Of a DNA stretch of 24,735 nucleotides, positions 8,508 through 16,847 are shown piece by piece. The notes under the pieces were generated by a model. The model saw only the letters and a list, made by a program, of their open reading frames with translations. It was not told the origin of the DNA and did not search any database. A program made the translations under genes and the position numbers. The stretch comes from Thermoplasmatota archaeon (GTDB taxonomy: Archaea; Thermoplasmatota; Penumbrarchaeia; Penumbrarchaeales; Penumbrarchaeaceae): positions 1 through 24,735 of the forward strand of contig CBDDUX010000099.1 of the NCBI GenBank assembly GCA_965234725.1, given 5' to 3'. Each line of letters opens with the position of its first letter. Within the stretch, counting starts at the first letter, position 1.

Positions 8508-9230
8508 ATGAATACGGTATTGATAGAGGCCAGGAGCATGACCAAGTCCTATCAGATGGGCGAGATAACAGTCAATGCCCTGAAGGATGTCTCATTGAAG
8601 GTATATCCTAACCAGGTCACGGTAATACTCGGACCAAGTGGTTGTGGAAAGACAACACTCCTCAATCAGATAGGGGGAATAGATTCTCCAACAGGAGGGA
8701 AGCTGCTAATTGAAGGAGATGAGATCCAGGGGCTTTCCCAGAAACAATTGACCAGATACAGACAGAGGTCCATTGGTTTCGTGTTCCAGTTCTTCAATCT
8801 TATCCCGAACCTAACGGCGAAGGAGAATATCGAATTCGTTCTGGAATACGTCATGGACCTACCCTCCAGAGAAGTATCAGCCAGGGCCCAGAAATTGCTT
8901 GACAGTGTCGGATTGGGGGACAGAGCAGATCACTACCCATACCAGCTCTCAGGAGGAGAGCAGCAGAGAGTGTCCATCGCCAGAGCTTTGTCCAAGGACC
9001 CGAAAATACTGCTCGCTGACGAACCTACCGGTGAACTGGATTATCAAACTGGTAAGAAGATCCTTGAACTACTGGTCTCATTTGCCAATAACGGAAGAGC
9101 TGTCCTCATAGTCACCCACAATAAAGAGATCGGGAAAATAGCTCACAGGGTCCTGAACCTCAAGGACGGAAGGATCGTCAATGAAAGGATGAACGATCAC
9201 CCCATGCCGGTTTCCAAATTGGAGTGGTGA
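8508..9230 (+). CDS. ABC transporter ATP-binding protein (LolD/MacB-type)
   Basis: Walker [11 protein letters not shown]-loop GFVFQFFNL, signature LSGGEQQRV, Walker [13 protein letters not shown]-loop IVTH. AGGAGG SD at 8495-8500 before ATG 8508. Confidence 0.96.
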   Translation: MNTVLIEARSMTKSYQMGEITVNALKDVSLKVYPNQVTVILGPSGCGKTTLLNQIGGIDSPTGGKLLIEGDEIQGLSQKQLTRYRQRSIGFVFQFFNLIPNLTAKENIEFVLEYVMDLPSREVSARAQKLLDSVGLGDRADHYPYQLSGGEQQRVSIARALSKDPKILLADEPTGELDYQTGKKILELLVSFANNGRAVLIVTHNKEIGKIAHRVLNLKDGRIVNERMNDHPMPVSKLEW

Positions 9231-9232
9231 AA

Positions 9233-11689
9233 ATGAAGAAGACATTCATCAAGAAGGGATTTAGAGAGATATGGGCCCATAAGGTCCAATATTTCCTTCT
9301 GGCACTTGTCATAGGTCTTGGTGTTGCAGCTTATTCATCCTTCAATGATTTTGCAAGGTATCGAAAGGATGGCCTGGACCAGATCTTTGATGAATCCAAC
9401 TTCATGGACCTTCAGGTGACAATGAGTTACGGGTCCACATTGAACAGCAGTGAGGTCGAAGGGATCCTCGAAGAGAACGGATATGCTTCAAGGATCGAAG
9501 CCTGGGAGATGAGGCTCGTTTATGAAGTGTTCATTGAACATGACTTTGAAGGTGAACCGAAGGTGACAAGGGGCCAGGTGATCGGACAATTCGTCTCCGG
9601 AGGAGATACACCGGGAGAGGACCTCGAGGTAAATACACCTCTGTTTTACGTCGATGATCCGGACCCATATTCGGTTGATATCGGAAATGAATGTTATATT
9701 GAAAGAAAATTCTCAAAGGCCTATGACTTCGATCCCGGAGAAACGATCAATGTAAACAGAGGTAACATCTCAAAGGACCTGACCATCAGGGAACAGGTTG
9801 CTATCCCGGAATATTTCTTCGTGATCAGAGAAGGTGATTTTGCTCCATCAGAGAGATCCTTTGGTGTCCTTCTTTTACCGATAGAGACAGCAATGGAGCT
9901 CTATTCAGGATCAGATTGGAATACTACTATTGTAAATGAAGTGGTTCTAACATTAAACGATCCTGAAAATATAGAGGACCTGAAAAGGGACCTTCAGGAT
10001 TCCTTTGAAGAAAGGGGGGTTGCTGTTAAATTCACGGAAAAGGATGAGAATCCATCAAGGTTCTTCCTGATCTCTGATTATGAGAACGATAAGAACTCCC
10101 AGGCTGTGATGCCGGTCATCATCTTTGGTGTATCAGCATTCGGTCTTGTTATGGCCCTAAGAAGGATGATAAGGTCCCACAGACCTCAAATAGGGATCTT
10201 CAAGGCACTGGGGGTCAGGAACAGGACCATAATGATCTATTTCTCAATAATAGCTATCTTCATAGCGGTACTCGGAACTATTCTTGGTTATCTACTATCA
10301 ATACCACTGAACATCAGTTTCCAAAATCTGGGAGATAGGATGCTGGATTTCCCCGTAGACCAGTATAATGTTTCCTACATCTATTACTTCTACGGTGCAC
10401 TGATCTCGATCGCTCTGTGTCTCTCCTGCACCTTGATCCCGGCGGCCATGGCTGTCAGGGTCAAACCAATTGATGTGATCCAGGGGAAAGAGGGGATCTC
10501 AAAGAAACAGGTGGGAAGACTGGGGGGTGTACTCAAACAGATCCATTGGCTTCCAGTATCTCTGAAATTGACGATCAGGAATCAATTGAGAAAACCATTC
10601 AAGAGCCTGTCAACCATTTTTGGGGTAGCAATGTCCTTATCGCTCTTCCTTGGATTCATGATGGTATTCGAATCCGCTCTTGTGGCACTGGATAGTACCT
10701 CTCAGGGAATGGATTGGGATTATGAAATTTCGATGGAAGGATTCCAACCGGTAACCATTATCAACGGTTGGGAAGAAGAATACCAAGACATCGAGAGAGT
10801 GGAACCGGGCATAATGCTACCAACAGTCCTGGACCCATCGGATGATTCATATGAAGCTTTGATCTATTCACTTGGGGACCTTGGGAGTGTATTTGATATT
10901 GAACTTGAAAGCGGGCAGGTCAGGGAAGGCATGGTGGTCGTATCATGGTATCATGCTGAAAAATTAGGTCTTAAGCCAGGAGATAGGATCGAGATGGAAC
11001 TCCCCATCCTTGATCCTACTTTGGGTTTCAGGATGGAGAAACAGGAGATGACGATCTCAGGGATCCATTCCAATCATCTGGGAACAGTTGCTTTCATGCC
11101 CCTTTCCTCATTGCAGAACATCACAGGTCTTGGTGGCCTGATCAATACCGTGTACATACAGACATTTAATGGGGTGAAGATAAGAGAGATGGAGAACGAC
11201 CTGATCACCAGAGAAGGCATCTCTTCCGTAAGCCATATCACCGATAGGGAGGGTTTGATCGAACAGTATCTTGACATCTTCATTGGTGTTGTAATTGTAA
11301 TGGCTGTGATCTCTGTTATCCTTGCAGGGGCAATAATCTACACGATGTTCAGGATATCCGCAAGGGAACAGGAAAGGGATTATGCCACAATGAAGACGTT
11401 AGGGACCACTCTTGCAAAGATCCGTAAGTTGATCTTCCAGGAAGGTGCATACATTACGGTCCTTGGCATTGCTCTTGGTATCCTTGGGGCATATGGAATG
11501 GCATATTACATGCTGAACCAGAACTCCGAATGGGAATCCTTTGGGATGACCACTCAGTTCAGCTGGGGTGGCTTTATTGCAGGTTCATTGTTGATCATAT
11601 TCACGGTGGTCCTGGTTTCATTTCTTACAATGAGGTATATTGCCAATATCAACATCGCGAATGTTATTAGAGAGAGGGCAGCGGGTTGA
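9233..11689 (+). CDS. ABC transporter permease, FtsX-like/MacB family, internally duplicated
   Basis: Two FtsX-type halves with motifs RPQIGIFKALG and ERDYATMKTLG, each preceded by a large extracytoplasmic domain. GGAGTGGTGA SD. Adjacent to the ATPase. Confidence 0.93.
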   Translation: MKKTFIKKGFREIWAHKVQYFLLALVIGLGVAAYSSFNDFARYRKDGLDQIFDESNFMDLQVTMSYGSTLNSSEVEGILEENGYASRIEAWEMRLVYEVFIEHDFEGEPKVTRGQVIGQFVSGGDTPGEDLEVNTPLFYVDDPDPYSVDIGNECYIERKFSKAYDFDPGETINVNRGNISKDLTIREQVAIPEYFFVIREGDFAPSERSFGVLLLPIETAMELYSGSDWNTTIVNEVVLTLNDPENIEDLKRDLQDSFEERGVAVKFTEKDENPSRFFLISDYENDKNSQAVMPVIIFGVSAFGLVMALRRMIRSHRPQIGIFKALGVRNRTIMIYFSIIAIFIAVLGTILGYLLSIPLNISFQNLGDRMLDFPVDQYNVSYIYYFYGALISIALCLSCTLIPAAMAVRVKPIDVIQGKEGISKKQVGRLGGVLKQIHWLPVSLKLTIRNQLRKPFKSLSTIFGVAMSLSLFLGFMMVFESALVALDSTSQGMDWDYEISMEGFQPVTIINGWEEEYQDIERVEPGIMLPTVLDPSDDSYEALIYSLGDLGSVFDIELESGQVREGMVVVSWYHAEKLGLKPGDRIEMELPILDPTLGFRMEKQEMTISGIHSNHLGTVAFMPLSSLQNITGLGGLINTVYIQTFNGVKIREMENDLITREGISSVSHITDREGLIEQYLDIFIGVVIVMAVISVILAGAIIYTMFRISAREQERDYATMKTLGTTLAKIRKLIFQEGAYITVLGIALGILGAYGMAYYMLNQNSEWESFGMTTQFSWGGFIAGSLLIIFTVVLVSFLTMRYIANINIANVIRERAAG

Positions 11690-11728
11690 TCTTCGTCAAA
11701 TATCCATTGAAGGCTATAGAATATGAGT

Positions 11729-11754
11729 AGAGGAAGATCGGTAAATCTTCCTCT
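11729..11754. terminator. Hairpin between convergent genes, probable (bidirectional) terminator
   Basis: AGAGGAAGAT-CGGTAA-ATCTTCCTCT: perfect 10-bp stem and 6-nt loop between the permease stop (11689) and the YbjQ stop (11756). Confidence 0.55.
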
Positions 11755-11755
11755 T

Positions 11756-12076
11756 TCACTTCTTCTTGAGCTTCACCGCAGTCCCGTATGCCATTATCTC
11801 AGCGGCTCCACCTGCGATGGAAGAGGTCATGAACCTTATGTTCAGTACAGCATCGGCTCCAAGCTCCTCCGCTTTCTTCTCCATCCTCTTCAAGGCTATC
11901 TCTCTGGACTCGGAAAGCATATCAGTATACTCTTTGAGCTCCCCTCCGACGATGTTCTTCAATCCGGCCAGTATATCCTTTCCAACATTCTTGGCCCTGA
12001 CAACATTGGCCCTCACGAGGCCAAGGTCCTCAACTACTTCATACCCGTGCAAATGATCCAAATTTGTAATCCTCAT
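11756..12076 (-). CDS. ybjQ: YbjQ family (UPF0145) protein
   Basis: Diagnostic LGLVRANVVRAKNVGKDILAGLKNIVGGELKEYTDML...A...LGADAVLNIRF...EIMAYGTAVKL. Confidence 0.95.
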   Translation of the reverse strand: MRITNLDHLHGYEVVEDLGLVRANVVRAKNVGKDILAGLKNIVGGELKEYTDMLSESREIALKRMEKKAEELGADAVLNIRFMTSSIAGGAAEIMAYGTAVKLKKK

Positions 12077-12300
12077 GGTCTCAACTCCTCATCCGAGATC
12101 TCCGATCTCATCTCCTTATCATCCTTTTTCATCTCCTTTATCAGGATCGGTATCAGGATAATTACCGCCAATAGGAAAAGAACGGTCCCAATACCCATCA
12201 GTGGAAGCCCTATGAAGGGTATGATAGCGAGGAATCCACCCAGGGCAATGAGCACCAGCCCGATAACAGCCACCCATGACCACAACCCTTTGGAGGTCAT
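12073..12300 (-). CDS. Small two-TM membrane protein of unknown function
   Basis: Two hydrophobic segments and a charged C-terminal tail. ATGA overlap couples it to ybjQ. Confidence 0.85.
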   Translation of the reverse strand: MTSKGLWSWVAVIGLVLIALGGFLAIIPFIGLPLMGIGTVLFLLAVIILIPILIKEMKKDDKEMRSEISDEELRP

Positions 12301-12413
12301 GATATAAGGATCGATACTTGCCTATATTATGATATTTATTAAATAAATAGAAATTTGTCCATAAATATACTTAAAAATAAAGAAGACGAATACTTCGAGG
12401 CCCTTATTGCTCT

Positions 12414-15400
12414 TTATTCTTCTTGTTTTTTACTCTTCTTCTTTAAACCTTTCTTTGGTACTGAGACTATCCCCGCTTCCTTGACGTCGGTAGCTTCCTC
12501 CATCGATCCCTCTTTCACCTCACCCTCCTCCTCCGCCTCCTCTTTTTCCTCTTTGATCTCCTTTGCAGGCTCTTCCGGTTCCTCTTCATGATCTTTTCTG
12601 CGTTTGACTACCAGCATGATTATGATGAGTATGATGATCAGAAGCAATACGGCAGCTGTTAGCAACAATATCCAGATCCAGCTACCATCGGAAGACCCTT
12701 CCTCCCTGTGGATTATTGTAATTGTTTCCGATTGATTGACACCTTTTGCAGGGATGAATAATTCCTTCTCAAAGTTCTCGAAACCATCAGCTGAGACCTT
12801 TATCCTGTAGCTCACTCCCGTCTTGACGTTTTCGATAATGACCGTTCCATCAGGACCGGTTATGGACTCCTTCCCATCGAAATCGACAACAGCCCACTGG
12901 ACCGTGTTGCCGTTCTCGTCAACTACGATTATAGTCAGGTTCGCTCTCTCCCATAGGATACTGGTCAGATCAATAGTGATATTGGTCCACCTGAAGGGAA
13001 GTACCTCCACCACTTCGGGATCGTGTTCTGAGTGGTCTGAAGAAAGGATAGTGATCGTCCAGTTTCCGGGAAGGAGGAAAGCTTCATAGATGCCCGGTTC
13101 GGTTTCAACCCCGATCACTTCTATGCTGCCGCTTTTTAATAGAACGGTTATCCCAGAAACTGGCTCGCTGTCTTCATCCTGGACTGTAACGGCAAGGTAT
13201 CCCTCCGTCAACAGGGTCGTGAAAGAGTAGAATGCCCCTTCATTATCATCGGTAACGTCATTTCCGGATGGTTCCACGGCAAAGATGTAGAAGTAATAGG
13301 TAGTGTTGGGTAGGAGGTTATCAACCTGGAAGAAGTGATCCTTTCCGAGTGTTGTAGGACCGTGAGCGGAGAGGTCCTCAACGGAAGATCCTAGGAATAG
13401 TGTACATGTGGTGGGTTCATTTGTCTCCCAAGATATTTTGGCGGTCTTTGCACCGAAGATCCACTCCAAGTTGGAGAAGGTTGGCCATGTCAGGTCGTTT
13501 GCCTCAAGACTTACATGATTGCTAAAGGGGGAAGGATTACCTGCTTCGTCTATGGCCCGGACCGCAAAAATGTTCTCGGGATCGGACATGTCCTGAATGA
13601 CTATTGTGGTATCGGCGGTCGAAGAGACAATTCGTACGGATGACTTGACACTGCCGGGGGATCTGGTCATATCCGCTTCCACCAGATGTACCTCGTACAT
13701 TTCCGCATCTGGACTGAGAGATATCTTCCAGGATAGAGTGAATCTATCTTCAGTGATATCGAATATTCTAAGGTCACGTGGTGGTTTAGGACCAATGAAG
13801 TCCTGTGCCATCACCTCTACCGAGGTTGAGGGTGGACTCTCCAGCCCCACCTCATCGACTGCAGTGATCCTGTAATTTGCCAGGGTGCCATGGGGAGTCG
13901 TTGAATCATCGAAAACATTTTCCGTTACCTCCCCTACCTGGGTCCAATTTTCATTTTCCAGAGAATATATCCTATAAGACACCGTATCATCTGTATTCAC
14001 ATCCCAGGTAAGCCTGTTTGATTCTCCATCGGGAACAGATTCACCTTGTAGGTTCTTTGGTGTTGAGGGACGTCTGATGTCGCCAATGATGAATTCTTCG
14101 GTATGGTCTCTGGAAGCATCCACAGAGCGGTTTCCTTCCCATGACCTGTCCAAGGTGGCGTTAACTGTGAATTCAACCGAGTGTTCGGTATCTGTCGATG
14201 CAGACCTGGTCAGGTACTTGATCCAGTACTTCTCAGACATTCCATCTGGTCCTGTTAAAGGTTCTATTCCCTCGAAAAGAGGGGTGGAGTGGACCGTGGA
14301 ATTTTCAACATCAATCTTGAATTGTGCTCCCTCGACGGGATCAATACCATCCTCATGGAGGACTTTCAGGTCAATATTACTGTAAAACCTGATCCTTGAT
14401 GCAGCATCATTAATGATATTCAAGCCAACTATTTCACAGCTGTAAAGTCCCGCATCGGATCCTTCATCAATGTTCAATGCAACTCTCTCCTCAGACCTTC
14501 CATCGATCCTTGAGTTATACAACTTCAGATCGGAGGACCTCATCATTAAAGATGTACCCATATGGTCCGAATAATCGAACTCAATATCATCCCCCGATAT
14601 AATCGAGTTGAAAAACTGAGCTCCTGACGTAATCCTTGATCCACTGATATCGATATCTTCAGAATATGCCACGGTCATCGGGCAGGATGTGGGGCCATTG
14701 ATCAAGTATGTTGAAGATGTTGAGTTTGCAATGAAAACCTGACCGTAATCATCAAGGTCCATTGATATTCCAGAGTCTCCGAAGGAATAGAAAATGGGAT
14801 TTCCATCGATGGTATTATTCATAGATATATTGTGATCAAGATGACTTACTTCTTCGAATATCGGCTTGAAACCGATCTCTGTTCCAATAATCTCGTTCTC
14901 ATAGGCTCTGAGACCATTACACTTTTCAATAACAACAGGTATTTGGCAATCCACGTAGTTGTTCTCCACGATCATAGGAGTTGAATCTTCGATCACCATT
15001 GTTCCGTTCTGGCATCTGATGAAACTGTTGCCTTTTGAGAGCTGTTTTGTATTGTTCAATATCTCTCCCACTTCGCAGTCGACAATGTCATTTTCCTCAT
15101 AGTTATAGACCTCCGAGCCGATGATGTTCACTCCGACGGAACAGTTCTCTATTCTATTATTGGAGATAGACCCTACATAGGAATTCTGGGCGATCCAACC
15201 GAACGCGACCATAATCCCGTCCCCGCTGTTGTTGATCCGGTTGTTCTCCACCTCGGCCCAGGTTCCTTGAAGGTAGATCGCATGCCCTGATATGTTGTTG
15301 AAGGTGTTATCCAGTATCCGGATATTCTTGATGGTGGAGAGGTCATCATGGTCATTTCCGTGGACCCATACTCCTTGCCTGCTGTCGAAGAAATTCGCAT

Positions 15401-15839
15401 TCTTTACAACATGGTGATCACCATGCTGAATCTTGATGGCGGAATCGTTCCATGTGGTCCCGCTGAAATTGTAGTCACCTCCGTCTATCGTTACCGGAGT
15501 CGATGATGCAATCGTAACCATGGTGCCATTACTACCCGGAGGGCCGCGGCTATTGCCCCCACCAAGCAAGGTGAAGCTTTCACCCGAGGCAGCCTTCAAG
15601 GTTATCCCCTTACTTATCATCAGTCTCTCATGATACTCTCCCTGGTGAACAATGATGGTTGTGCCTTCACTGGCCAGATCTATGGCCAATTGAATGGAAT
15701 CCACCTGGAGGTCCCTACCTACATGGATCTCTTCCAACTTCACACCAAGATCCGTTATCGTCGACAGGGAGAAGATAATGGAAATCAACCCAAGACCGGC
15801 AATCAGAATGGCCGTTAGAACCCTTCTTTCAATCAACAT
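12414..15839 (-). CDS. Large surface protein: right-handed beta-helix (pectin lyase/NosD-like), FN3 domains, CarboxypepD_reg-like Ig domains, C-terminal TM anchor
   Basis: SIQLAIDLASEGTTIIVHQGEYHERLMISKGITL beta-helix cap followed by Asn-ladder repeats. FN3 motifs PSTPKNL..LTWD..YRITAVD and PKPPRDL..LSW..FAVRAIDEAGNPS. TM WIWILLLTAAVLLLIIILIIIMLVV-KRRK. E/K-rich tail. Confidence 0.92.
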   Translation of the reverse strand: MLIERRVLTAILIAGLGLISIIFSLSTITDLGVKLEEIHVGRDLQVDSIQLAIDLASEGTTIIVHQGEYHERLMISKGITLKAASGESFTLLGGGNSRGPPGSNGTMVTIASSTPVTIDGGDYNFSGTTWNDSAIKIQHGDHHVVKNANFFDSRQGVWVHGNDHDDLSTIKNIRILDNTFNNISGHAIYLQGTWAEVENNRINNSGDGIMVAFGWIAQNSYVGSISNNRIENCSVGVNIIGSEVYNYEENDIVDCEVGEILNNTKQLSKGNSFIRCQNGTMVIEDSTPMIVENNYVDCQIPVVIEKCNGLRAYENEIIGTEIGFKPIFEEVSHLDHNISMNNTIDGNPIFYSFGDSGISMDLDDYGQVFIANSTSSTYLINGPTSCPMTVAYSEDIDISGSRITSGAQFFNSIISGDDIEFDYSDHMGTSLMMRSSDLKLYNSRIDGRSEERVALNIDEGSDAGLYSCEIVGLNIINDAASRIRFYSNIDLKVLHEDGIDPVEGAQFKIDVENSTVHSTPLFEGIEPLTGPDGMSEKYWIKYLTRSASTDTEHSVEFTVNATLDRSWEGNRSVDASRDHTEEFIIGDIRRPSTPKNLQGESVPDGESNRLTWDVNTDDTVSYRIYSLENENWTQVGEVTENVFDDSTTPHGTLANYRITAVDEVGLESPPSTSVEVMAQDFIGPKPPRDLRIFDITEDRFTLSWKISLSPDAEMYEVHLVEADMTRSPGSVKSSVRIVSSTADTTIVIQDMSDPENIFAVRAIDEAGNPSPFSNHVSLEANDLTWPTFSNLEWIFGAKTAKISWETNEPTTCTLFLGSSVEDLSAHGPTTLGKDHFFQVDNLLPNTTYYFYIFAVEPSGNDVTDDNEGAFYSFTTLLTEGYLAVTVQDEDSEPVSGITVLLKSGSIEVIGVETEPGIYEAFLLPGNWTITILSSDHSEHDPEVVEVLPFRWTNITIDLTSILWERANLTIIVVDENGNTVQWAVVDFDGKESITGPDGTVIIENVKTGVSYRIKVSADGFENFEKELFIPAKGVNQSETITIIHREEGSSDGSWIWILLLTAAVLLLIIILIIIMLVVKRRKDHEEEPEEPAKEIKEEKEEAEEEGEVKEGSMEEATDVKEAGIVSVPKKGLKKKSKKQEE

Positions 15840-15967
15840 CCTTATTATTCCCCGTAATACTGGAATGCATGAATCTATATGATTAAATACTTTATTAATA
15901 GGGAAAACCCCGGAAACTCGAGGCGATAGTGAAATTTGTATATAATCAGAATCACATCCATGTTCAG

Positions 15968-16834
15968 ATGAAGGAAAGAACGAGGAAGATCCTGATCGGA
16001 GCAGGAGCTCTAATATTGGTTACAGCTTTGCTTATCACCGTGATCTCTCTTTTCAAGGAAAAAGATGAATCGAACGGTGACAATTGGGAGGAGCCCTTGG
16101 TGGAGTTCACGGAGATGGAGGTGACGGTCATGGATTCCTTTACAACAGATAGGGTTACGGGATTGGTTACCCCTCCTCTCTTCACCACAAACTTTCTTGT
16201 TCTGGACATGGAATTCACCAATCCTCTGAATGAAACCATCTTTTTCCTGCCCAATTCATTGGAATTCGTCACCGACCGGGATACCTACGGTCCGAACCTT
16301 TTTGATGAGTTCGTGGGAAGAGGTCTGGGTCAATCCGAGAACATCACCCCGCTTTCATCCATCTCTGGCTATCTCTACTTCGATCTCTTCCCGACAGAGA
16401 AACCCCTTCGACTTGTTTATCGTGATACCGATTACAATTTAACTTTCTCGGTGAACCTTTCGGGCATTGATCCAGATTACAGACCATGGAAGACCCCCCT
16501 GGATATCAAGATCACCGGATGCGGCAGGGAAGAGAACGGGTCAGGACGCGAGCAGCTTCTATACTTCACCCTCCAGGTTAATAATCCAACCGACAACTCA
16601 TCCCATTTCCAGTTCTGGCTTATGGATCTGGAATGCTTCAACGGTGTGATCCTCGACGGTCAGTTCCTCCCCCAACCGGAAGGGGATTACAAGTTCCGGC
16701 CGGGATGGAACGTCACATACAAGATGTATTTTGACATACCACCGGGATCGCCTGACATACCTAAGACCCTCTACCAGGAGGTGGAAGGAGTGTATCTCAA
16801 TGTGGATGAATCCCTTTATGAAGGGGTGATCTGA
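15968..16834 (+). CDS. N-terminally anchored protein with two DUF4352-like Ig domains
   Basis: MKERTRK followed by a TM segment. Two repeats with the pattern FLVLDMEFTNP...ITPLSSISGYLYFDL..EKP..LVY and YFTLQVNNP...FRPGWNVTYKMYFDIP..DIPKTLY. TATA-like TGTATATAA lies ~25 nt before ATG 15968. Confidence 0.8.
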   Translation: MKERTRKILIGAGALILVTALLITVISLFKEKDESNGDNWEEPLVEFTEMEVTVMDSFTTDRVTGLVTPPLFTTNFLVLDMEFTNPLNETIFFLPNSLEFVTDRDTYGPNLFDEFVGRGLGQSENITPLSSISGYLYFDLFPTEKPLRLVYRDTDYNLTFSVNLSGIDPDYRPWKTPLDIKITGCGREENGSGREQLLYFTLQVNNPTDNSSHFQFWLMDLECFNGVILDGQFLPQPEGDYKFRPGWNVTYKMYFDIPPGSPDIPKTLYQEVEGVYLNVDESLYEGVI

Positions 16835-16847
16835 TGTCGGGTGTTTA

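Noticed and set aside
11723..12307. 194-aa plus-strand ORF and other antisense or alternate-frame ORFs inside the long genes
   Set aside because: These are shadows of well-supported genes (here ybjQ and its partner) with no recognisable motifs.
12333..12349. AT-only palindrome TATTTATT-A-AATAAATA, with core TTATTAAATAA also at 7667-7677
   Set aside because: It is adequately explained as TATA-box/AT-rich promoter DNA; AT-only dyads arise easily by chance.
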